From NCBI GenBank assembly GCA_032718475.1, contig JAUCBJ010006851.1:1-64000 (forward strand): a stretch of DNA of 64,000 bases, written 5' to 3'. Numbering within the stretch: the first letter of the stretch is position 1; each line of letters opens with the position of its first letter. The DNA comes from Nemertoderma westbladi (Eukaryota; Animalia; Xenacoelomorpha). Of this stretch, positions 51,328 to 62,300 are shown piece by piece. The notes below the pieces were generated by a model that did no database searches, was not told where the DNA came from, and saw nothing but the letters and a program-made list of their open reading frames with translations. The position numbers were made by a program, and so were the translations under genes.

Positions 51328-53182
51328 TGTAAAGTTTGTGAATCAAATCATAAATCCGACCTTCTCACCAAAACAGTAAACTCTAAGTAAGCGAATATAT
51401 TGCAGTATCGATCTCTTATAACCGGTGAGGCAGAAAACAGTCTACGAGCAGACAAACTTCGATAAAACAAAATCCCGCGCAGCGAATCCTAGGCTCGTAG
51501 GAATCCAGGGCTCGTATACTTTGCCGCGGTGTGATTTATATGGTTGGGCGAAAGGGACGCTAGCTAGGTACAGAGGCAGAGATTTGGAGATGTCTAACTA
51601 GCGGGCAAAGCACAGTACGGACAAAAGTTAATTTTATATATTTTGAGGTGTAAATAATTTCTAACGCGCGTGTTAATTCTGAACGGTCAAAGCAGTTTTG
51701 CTCCTTCACATATATAATTACTGGGTACGGTGTGCATTTTACGAATATTCTAATTTTGTAACTTGTAGGTCCAATACTCACGAATGATAAGGTTCCTTCC
51801 CCTCTTGCGTATTTCCAGGACTCAAATTCAGGCATAAGGTTAATGCTACGCCCAGAATTCGGCAATTTTAATTTACCAGGCCCCTAATACTAAGAAGAAA
51901 TGTGTTAGTTTACTACAGTAGGCGTACGGTTACAAATAGCTATCCTGGCGTCCTATCTAGAATTTTAGTCACCTAGGTAGGCTGGGTAACTTCCTATCAA
52001 GACGTTGGCGGGGACACGGTAGATGTTAGTATATCCCTAATAGCCTCAATTTATTTTCGCCTAGCCGTAAACTGCCCTACCGCCTGAACGGTACAATCCC
52101 AATTCAGGTGAAACACAGCAACCCTCCTAGCCTACAAGTTCTAATGCAATGGACACCGTTGCACTACAAATAGTCACAGACGCACCTGTACTTAGCAAGA
52201 GTTAGGCGTACAGTTTGCTGCACCCTACCAATGTGTATGCTTTGTACCGGTGTGCCCACGTCCTATCTGCGTACTAGTATCTCTGCCTGCTCTCTCCCCC
52301 CCGTAGGAATGTGAAGGTCTACTGTGGTTTTTTCCTGAATTAAGACAGTACAGTCCCTAAGATGTAATTTTAGGCTCACAGCGTGTCACTACTTCTACCT
52401 TTTGATCTTTGGTCTTACGCTTAGGTAGCAAGGCGTCGAACGCTGTCTAACCTTTCAGGCGATGGGCGAATAACTGAGATGATATTGCGGGTTGTCTCTT
52501 GTCTACATTCCCGTGATGTTCCCGTTCATTGCTACGGCCCGATCTCTAGCCGGCCATCCTGTTCTTAAAGGTGTTCACCGTAGTGAATCATGATGAAAAG
52601 AAAAGGCAGGTAGCGGTATTTCTGAATTTATTGCAGATAATAATACAAAATGTAATCTGAAAACTAATGACAGAATAAACAAATATCAGATAACTCAGAA
52701 TAATTGTGTAAGTGAAGAGTGAAAATTAGATAACTAATGAACAAATCGCACCTTTATATACTAAATTTGTGCTGCAATCAATCGAGAAAATTCTCGATTG
52801 TTCTATAGGTTCTAACAGGTTTTTAAAGATAGCTATTGGTCCAGCTAATATATAACTTGTACGACATTGGTTACAATCAAATAACTACAGTCTCATTGGT
52901 TAATCTAGGTACAAACAAATGCAATTTAATTTGTAGCGGTTAATTTAAATGTGTTGAAATTCTGTACAAAAAATAATTCGCACTTACTAGGATTCGAACT
53001 CAATACCTACTACACATATAATTTCCAACGCTCTACCAACTGAGCTACTGAACCACTTGAATAATAGGCGTACAAATAGAAATAGCAATACAAATGAGGA
53101 CTCAATGTAATCTTTTACAAAGTTAATTCGAATAAAAATAAAATTTTGAAAATCCACGGCATTTAGGGAATATAATTCTATA
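51328..53182 (-). repeat. Putative E3 3' LTR (~1.85 kb)
   Basis: Starts after the PPT. Contains three CCAAT boxes (~52835-52899), TATATAAA (~52753-52760) and AATAAA (~52627-52632) in order. There is no partner LTR in the window to confirm the ends. Confidence 0.6.
52968..53054 (-). other. tRNA-derived Pol III-type unit (A box, B box, T6), not a canonical tRNA
   Basis: TAGCTCAGTTGGTAGAGC ... GAGTTCGAATCC ... TTTTTT. The D arm is intact but the anticodon and acceptor stems pair poorly. Confidence 0.75.
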
Positions 53183-53744
53183 CCGCTCCATGAAAACAGG
53201 ATATTATCGTGCATAAAATATACGGTTTTCACCAATAATCAATCAAACTATAGAATACTTAGGGCGTACTTACATATTTACAATTAAATTTCAAACAATA
53301 CTTCCTTTCTACATAATGATTCGATACAAATAATTACAAATTCAAACTTTACGTATTTAAGTCTTTACTAAGTAAGTACAATATAAATCTAAATTAAATT
53401 CACCAATATAAATCTATTGCATCTCAATATTGCATAAATTCAAATAATTACAAATACTTTCGTGCCTAAATGTAGATTGCATAAGTTCGGACTAATTACA
53501 AATATGAGTCTTTCTAAGCACAAAACTTTCTAACTATAAAACTTTCTAAATACAAAATATAACACTTTACAAATGAAACTATAAGAAAGGCCCACGAGTC
53601 TTCCATCTACTCTTACTTTCTATTTCACTGTAAATACAAATACTGCTTATAAGATATAAATTGCATAATATTCGGAACAATATAAATTGCATAAGTTCAG
53701 AATAATCTCAAATATAAAATATAAATCTTGCAAAATATAAGTTC

Positions 53745-53852
53745 TTACTAAATATAAATCTTACTAAATATAAATCTTACTAAATATAAATCTTACTAAA
53801 TATAAATCTTACTAAATATAAATCTTACTAAATATAAATCTTACTAAATATA
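53745..53852. repeat. 16-bp tandem repeat (aaatataaatcttact) in the E3 3' UTR
   Basis: Directly visible, ~6 copies. Confidence 0.9.
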
Positions 53853-53962
53853 AGTTCTTCCAGAATACAAACTTACTAATTAAATATAAAACATATAATT
53901 CAAATAAATCACAAATTCACAAGAAAGGCTCACGAGTCTTCCGTCCACCCTTGCCCTCCCTT

Positions 53963-55701
53963 TTATCGCTTTGTGGATCGAGCCCTGCCGCGTCCTCGAA
54001 AACTGCGCACAGGTGACTTTGCTCGCGATATGGGACTTGTGGGGCGAGTCACTGGTTTCGTTTGGACGTTGAGAGACGGTGCGACTATTTCCTCGCAAAT
54101 TCGTCTATTTGGCATCCCAAAACCTCGACCGATTCCTCGTGACCGATCAGTTGTCACTACAGTTGGTAGAACGTCTGGGAACGCGCGAGAAGCGGACGAC
54201 GCAGACCCAAGAGCAGCTTGCGCCCCCTTCTGATCAGCTGGTGTATGTCCCGATCCTCCTATTGGTTCTCTAGGAAGCGATACCGTATCCCGAGTAATTC
54301 GAATAGTCGGCTCAACTCCCTTGCGTTCTTCTATATTAATAATTTTCTTTAATTGTTGGCCCACTTTCTGGACCCGTATGATCCTACCCTGTCCGTCCTC
54401 CCGAGGGTGACGTGCAGACGGCGCAACCGGAGTGGCTGGTATGTCGGTCGCCTCTAGTATCTCCTCTTCCTCGAATACGCTCGCTCGTATACGTTTATGG
54501 TAAAACGCGGCTCGGTACGCCCATGCGACGGTTAACCAAGCTCCTTTATTCCGTTTTTCAGTTCGGAAACGATCGAATTCACCATACGTGATGCGATTAA
54601 CGACTTTCTGAAAATTCCACGTGTTTTTGTTATCCGGGTGAATCTGTAGTAGATACTCGCACACTACTCGGAATCCACTGTCGTGGGGCAAAATATCGAC
54701 TACCTCGATAAGTTCGTCATATTGGGGCATAGCGGAGATATATCCTTCCGACATCATCGTTTGGGGATTTACCGCCCAAAATCCAAGATGCGCTCTCATC
54801 GGAAACCGTCTTCTTTGTGCCGATACATGTTCGTCGGCTAAATCTTCCCACTCATCAAATAATTTCCTCACGAGTTTTACAGATTCGTGTTCATAAGGTA
54901 TGTCTCTTAGTTGGCATTCAGATGCTCGATGTCCCTTTATATTACAATAAGTACATTGAGCCATAAATCTCCAGCAAGTATAAAAGGTATGAGACCCTTG
55001 ATCCCCACACCATCCACAGATTAGCTGAGTCGTAGTAATGTGCTTTCCACTGCACTTGGTCAAATGATGTCCAGCGACGCCACATTTACCACACATCGTA
55101 TTGGCAGGGTACCACACTCGTTCGTATATAAGATCTCCAATCGGTCGAGCGCTTCCTCCCACACTATAATCGTAATCATCTGGATCTATGGGTTGGTAGG
55201 TTTCTGAGGGTTGTATACAAACTATAGCATCTGTTGCTTCAAGTTGTCGAATCTCCGTCTGAGATTTCTTCGGGAGGTTCCTTTCTATCTCAAGAAGTTC
55301 CTCTAAAGGATCGTCAGTGATCGTAGAAGTTACTTCGAAATCATCACCAAGGTGACCGATAGGCGCGCGCGTCTGCCGTGATTCATCCGTAATCTCCACG
55401 ATACGTTCTCCTTCATAGGGTAACAATGTAAACATAGATGGTCTTTCGATAAGAGATCCCGCACAGCGAAGATACACGTCTCGAAATATACTAAATCCTG
55501 CTCGAGTAAAGGCATTACACTGAGCGTCGGAGTTGTAGAAGGGTTGTCATATTTAGTCTTTGCGAGTTTCGCTGTACTTTCTGATAATTCCTTTATACCA
55601 AATATGGTGTAGTCCTTAGCTCCAAATCGTTCGAATGGCGCTGCTGCTTCCTCTTGGATATCATATCCCCATCTCGGCTCTCCATGTATCCCCTTCTCCA
55701 T
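53963..55701 (-). CDS. E3 ORF3: ~580-aa triple-CCHC protein with an R/G-rich basic tail (probably one frameshift between 55330 and 55480)
   Basis: Motifs CGKCGVAGHHLTKC, CGWCGDQGSHTFYTC and CTYCNIKGHRASEC. Homologous to E1 ORF3. Confidence 0.85.
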
Positions 55702-56364
55702 AATTAGAGGTGTAGTTACATAATCATTACTACTAGAGGGAATACAACAGAGTTTGTATTTAGTTGTGAGGAGACGTGAGAGTTTCGTCTGCCCTTTGGG
55801 CTCGACAACGCTCTAACCTCCTACCCATAGCCTAGGATCTAGGGTTTCTTTAATGACACGCTGCTTCTTATCTAAAATTTTTTGCCGAAATAAAAACGAA
55901 TTTGGGCTAAACTGGCTGTGAGTCTAAAATACTCACTTTTTGATCCCAAACTATTATCAGAAAATAAGCAGTCAAGAATTAGTAATAAATATAGGGGAGT
56001 CTATTTATTGACATAACTTATTGAAACAAAACCGTGTAAAATTTAATTAAAATTTTAAGAAAGGCTCGCAAGTCTTCCTCTCTTGTTTCTCTTAATTTTA
56101 AGTTCCACCCGACTGTACCCTGAAATCTATTCACTGGAGAAAATTTTTAAAAATTTTTCAAATCCAAATGGATTGTCTAAAATTTCGAAAATGTCTCAAT
56201 ATTGTGAGTTCCAAGTAGAATTCCATTTCTTATACCTACAAATCCCGCTCCTATGTGACACATAAGGGTACTACCCTCAATGTTCACATATAAAGACAAT
56301 GGAATTCTACCGCTGTCCTTACTACGGTGTACAGGTACGTGGAAATCTATTTGTAAACTCCTAA

Positions 56365-59300
56365 TTATTTACTAGTATTAGGTGGAGATTTGTAGTCTCC
56401 AGACTCGTTACGAGTCTCTTCAAGAAGTACGAGACGTTGAGTCGGTCTGTCAACTGTACGACCGTCAATTGTCCGTACCGTCACAGTTCTTGTCACTCCA
56501 TCCATAGATGGATGTGTGTCTAAAATTACACCTGTTATCCAGAAGCGTCTTTTTAGATTCACTTCTGCTAACAGCACGTGATCTCCCGGCTTTAATGCGC
56601 GGGTGTTATTGTACCATGTTGTTCTGGCAGAAATAGAGGGCAAATAATGGTTTTGCCATATTTCCCAGAATTTGTTAGCCAGTAGTTGCGTGATTTTCCA
56701 CGCTTTTCTACCGTAGCTATCGCTTTCTATTGGAATAGAAATAGGCGTCAATGTGGTCGGTGCCTGCATAAGCAGGTGTGCCGGTGTTAAAGCAAACTGA
56801 GATTGTTTGTCATCGGGTACTAATACTATTGGTCTAGTATTTAGTAGTATTGCCTCGATTTCAACAAACAGTGTTGTCAGTTGGTCGTCTGTCAATATGT
56901 GGTTTACTGGAATGACCTTTGCCATTGCCGTTTTGATAGATCTAATCAGTCTCTCCCAGACTCCGCCTCTCCATGGACTATCTGGAGGATTAAACTTCCA
57001 AACAATCTTGTGAGGTTGTAGTTCGTTTGAGATTTGATCATGATCTAATTTCTTAAAGGCTCTAGCAATCTCATTTCGAGCACCAACAAAGTTTGTCCCT
57101 TGGTCTGAGTACAAGCATTTCACTAGTCCACGTCTAGCGATAAATTGCCGCAATGCTAGTATAAACGCGTTGGTGGAAAGATCCATCACACGTTCAATAT
57201 GAACTGCCCTACTGGACATACATGTGAAAATCAGTCCCCAGCGTTTTACTAGTATACGTCCACGTTTCGTATGTATGGGACCAAAGCAATCAATTCCAGT
57301 CTCTGTAAAAGGTGGTCTGAATGCTTGAAGTCGTGCTTGTGGAAGTTCACTCATTTCTTGGGTACCTATTCTAGAATGTACCTTTTTACAAATAATACAC
57401 GTACGTGTCACTGAACTTAACGCTTTACTGGGTCTAATTAATACAAATCTTGTACGTAAGTAGGAAAGACAGTGGTGTCTTCCAGCGTGTTTCAGATGTA
57501 AATGTGCGTCCAGTATCATTGCACGTTGTAGTTCGTGATGTTGCGGTATTATTATTGGGTATCTAAAGTTTGTGTTAAAGTCAATGTTTTGAAGCCGAGA
57601 TTTATGACAAATTAAGCCATTATAAATAATCGGACTCCAACTCAGTATTGGTGACGACTTGATTGGTTGACCTTGATTTATAGATGTGAATTCGCGTGCG
57701 AAATATCGCAGTTGGTAATGGCAAATTAATTTAATCTCACACCTGTCAATCTCAGCCAATGTAAGTCGACGTGTAAAGTCGCGTTTGCCTTTAACGTATT
57801 GTACAAAACGTACAATCCACGCTAATTTTCGGCAAGCGTTTGTCCAAGAGTCTGTTAAGTTTACAATACGGTCGACGTAAGTATTTGTGACGTCATCAGG
57901 TAAGTCAATGGAGATTTTGGAAGGTTTTGATTTACTAGAAGGGCCCACGGGTCCGCCGGTAGGTATTCCCTTGTTGACTGTTGATCCGTCCGGGTCTACA
58001 AGTAATTTGTCCTTCTTCGTCTTCTTACCTTGATTGTCAGTACTTTGTAAGTCGATCGTTAATGGTGGTTTGAACTCTATGGGGTCACTGGGTTTCGGTA
58101 AACTTAATTTTCTGCCGACATTAATCCCAGGTTTCACCATAGGTTGCAAGTTTGGTATGTCTCTTGAGCGCAGAGTAACACCTGTATTTACATTAGCGTA
58201 GGTACTACCCACATCTGTAATACATGAGGTTTCACCGTGCTTGTGGTTGCTCAAGTGTGTCAAAATTGGTAGTTTGTCAATACAAGGCCGCTCCAATAGG
58301 GAAACTGCGGCTTCACTATTTGTCGGTATGTTACTAGTGTCTGGTAGAACATTGTGTGACATGTCTGGTAAAATGTTTCGCGGAACATCCGGCGAAATAT
58401 CTAGTGACGTGTCTGGCAAAACGTCTGGTTGACCGTCTAGTAACGTGTCTGGCGATACGTCTGGTAACGTATCTGGTTGTTTGTCAATAGAAGGCCGCTC
58501 CAATAGGGAAACTGCGGCTTTACTATTTGTCAATATGTTACTAGCGTCTGGTAGAACATTTTGTGACATGTCTGGTAAAATGTCTGGTTGGCTGTCTAGT
58601 AACGTGTCTGGTTGACCGTCTGGCGATATGTCTGGTGTAGAAAGGCTCGCAAGTCTTCCTCTCTTGACCTTTGAAGTTATATCCTTCCATTTCGCCTTCG
58701 GTTTCTTCTTGAGTTTAGCCGCCAACGTCTTTTTCTTTGCCTTCCCCTTTTTTGGTTTCTTGATTTCGGCGTCCTTAGGGATGGTGTTAGACTTGTTGTC
58801 GTATAACGGTGGCCAATCTTGTGTCGATTTCTGCAAGAATTGGGGTCCGTGTTGCCAAAATTCTTTGTTTTCCGGTTTACAGAATTCCTCAGGCATCATT
58901 CCTCGCGATGCAATATCGGCTGGGTTTTGTGGTCCGGGACAATGTCGCCAATCTTCTTTTATTGAACGGTCTAGAATTTCTGCGCGACGGTTAGCTACGA
59001 ATGTCTTGAATTCAAGTGTGTCGTTGTTTATGTAAAATAAAACCAACGTCGCGTCAGTCCAATAAAATATCTGTAAACTTGACTGTAGTTCTGTCTGTAT
59101 AAGGTTCACGATGGTGGTTGACAGTGTTGCGGCTTGTAGCTCAGCTCGTGGTGTCGTCATATACTTAGTAGGCATTGTTTTTGCCTTAGAAGTAATGAGC
59201 GAAACATCGAATTCTTCTGAGTCTACTTGTCTGCGCAAGTACGCTGCCACACCAAAACCGTTGTCACTGGCGTCAGAAAAACAATGTAATTCCAAGTTGT

Positions 59301-62300
59301 CAGGAAACGTTGTTTGTAATGGAAAGTAGACTCTGGGTATGGAATAATCCTCTAGCGAAGATAATTCTGCCTCCCAGGTCTTCCATAAGTCCACTTGGTC
59401 TGATGAGATCGGCTCGTCCCATGTCAGTCCATCCTTCCAAATACTGCGCATATAAATGCGGGCTTGCAGTATTATTGGACTGATGAATCCTAATGGATCG
59501 AACAATCGGCTCAATTTTGACAAGCATGATCTCTTTGTCAGTGTGTTTTCTTGACTGTCCAGTCTCACCTTTACTCGAAAGTTGTCCGTGTTTGGGTCCC
59601 AAAAGAGTCCCAACACCTTGGTCGTCGGTAGTGGTTCGAACTCTAGGTCTATGTCACCATCTCCACGCTCAGTCGTTCCGAATGAGTCTACTAATTCGGC
59701 ACTGTTTGAGGCGAATTTGGTGAGGTTAAAACCTCCGCCCGCTAAGCAGTCCCGTAATTGATGTGCTACTGTTGTAGCACGTTCTACTGTGTCGCAACTC
59801 TGTAATCCGTCGTCGACGTAAAAGTCACGTTCCACAATCCTAATTATCTCTGGGTCATACATGTGTTTCTGATCCCTAGCGGCTTGTTTTAGGGCGTACA
59901 TCGTACAGTTTGGGCTGTCCCTGGCACCGAAAACGCGAACTTGCATTTGGTAAGTCGCCGGTGGTAGACTTAAGTCTCCTTCCGGATACCAGAGGAACCT
60001 CAAACTGTCTCTGTCTTGCTCTAACGCTCTCACTTGGTGAAACATAGCTTCAACGTCACAAGTAAAGGCTACTTGACGCTGACGGAAGCGCATAATCACC
60101 CCCATAAGATAATTATTCATGTTTGGTCCATCCATCAACTCGCTATTGAGGGACATTCCCTCAAACAGAGCCGCACAGTCATTGACTACACGTACTTTGT
60201 CTGGTTTGTCGAGGTGTCTCACATAGTGATGTGGCAGGTAGTATGTCTGGTTAGTCACTATCTCTGGGTTAGTCATTCGGATAGCGTATCCCTTAGTCAA
60301 ATACGTCTCCATCTGAGTGTTGTACTGCAGATGGGCTTTCTCGTCCTTTAATAGACGTTGCCGTATTGAGTGTAGACGTCTTAAAGCTAGTGGGTAGTTA
60401 TTTATAAGTTTAGGACTTTGGCTACGCCATAACATCCCCACCTCATAATGTCCGTCCTTCGTCTGGCGGATAGTATCTTCCATGATCTTCAAAGATTGTT
60501 TCTCCTGTTCCGACATACATGGTTCGTAGCTACCAGGTTCAGCTGTATCTTGTTCTAACCACCTGATAGTCTTCTCCGTTAATTCTTTGTCCAATGCAGC
60601 TTGTTCCACTTGATGATTTCTCAACGCTTCATCATCGATATCGACGGGCATTGTTGAGGTTATTGGGGTAGGTAGACTCGCAAGCCTTCCGGCGTTATCA
60701 TCTGTCGTCGATGGAATCTCTAGCTGACTCGTCTTCTCCCCAAGTTCTAAACTCACCTGGTGGATTAGCTGCTCCTTGTGACTTATCATACTAGTTACAC
60801 GTCTGTCATGTTTTGTATGTAAGGTAGTATGGTCCACGTCGTGTGAAAAGGAATGAATTGAATTTGTAGTTAATAAACTACATGTACTTTGTACATCGTC
60901 TTCCTCGTCACTTATGTCCAGTGTGCGCACAGGCGCTCGAGTATACCACCCTATCGGCGTTCTACAGGCGTATGCGTTTCCCGCTACGATTGCCGATGGT
61001 CTGGTTTTCCACACTTGATGTAGGTTGAATTGGTCTGTCCCGATCAGCATTGCTACCGATCTATAATTGACAGGACATTCAGGTACACCAAGGTGTCTGA
61101 AATACTTACGGTCCTCCAAGGATTGTTCTGGGACAGGACCTAGTAGGTTACTAAAGTCTTTTGTGGCCGCAAAAGTCAAATCCTTGAAGGGTAACAAAGA
61201 CCTCTCCTTTTCGCTGTGTTGCGATTTTGGAAGAAGAGTGTCTAAGTTTAACTTAACTCGTGTCACTGGTATTGCACGTTGTCCGTGCATACTACTCACG
61301 GTGTAACTGACGCGCTTACCTTGTCTGAGATCCGTCACTACATCAGCTATCTGCTCATCCACGTAGCTGTGAGATGAGGCTGAATCCAGGATAGCGTAGA
61401 TTCTCTTGCTCCCCTTTGTGCCAGTAATCTTCATCGGAATTACACTGAATCCCTTTAGTTGGTCAGTCGTCAGAAGCGCGATCGATGGTTGTTCGTCTCC
61501 ATCAGAATATACGTCGTCGTCTTCTGACTCTTCGTCCGACGATCCGGATTGTTCTGAGAAGCAATCCTTAATATGTGTCACAAAGGTCGGAGTCGTTTTC
61601 GATTCTCGATTTTTGTAGGCCGCATTACATCTCGCTGCTGCTTCCGGTTGTTCCCTGGCGAAGCGTTTTGTCGGTGTGTGGCTGTCTGTGTGGAGCAGAC
61701 CGTCGTGGTTGCGTCCACAGGATGGACAAGTGTCGGTATTTGGGCAATCCTTGCGAACGTGTCCGTGTCGCGTACACCGCCAACAAGAGTCCAATGGCCG
61801 TATCTGCAGCCGTCGTTCTTCCGAGTTTAACTCGCGAAACTGTCGACAACCTCTCAACTTGTGACCGATAAACCGCTTACCTAGATGCTCGCAGTATTGG
61901 CAGCCGCTGAAGTCGGTACTGAGTTGCTGTCTCGTCTGTTTTGTCCCAATGGGCGCAGATACCCTACTACCGTCCGAGAATTGTCGTGATTCCGTCGGTG
62001 TGGCGTAAGTGGCCGTCTTGGTGGATGTTGTCTGGGGTTTTTGTCGGTTTGAGGATGGCAAGGTGATTCCTTCTGCCACGATGTGCTGGTCAGTGTAGTT
62101 GGATCGAGTTTCTACCACTGCCTCCCTGGATATCAAAAGGTACACATCCTCCAGTTTTAAGAATCCACCCCGCTCTTCCCGCTGGTATTCGATCTTTCTC
62201 CACTCCCGACGAAGTCGATGGTGGAGTCGTCCTATGATCTTTAATAGGACTGTAGGGGTATTCCCGTAGTCAAGTTGTCCAATGGATCTCAAAGTAGTGA

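Noticed and set aside
52985-53054. Functional tRNA gene
   Set aside because: The acceptor and anticodon stems do not pair, so it is reported only as a tRNA-derived unit.
53963-55701. env gene
   Set aside because: No signal peptide or transmembrane segment, and the Cys residues form CCHC knuckles.
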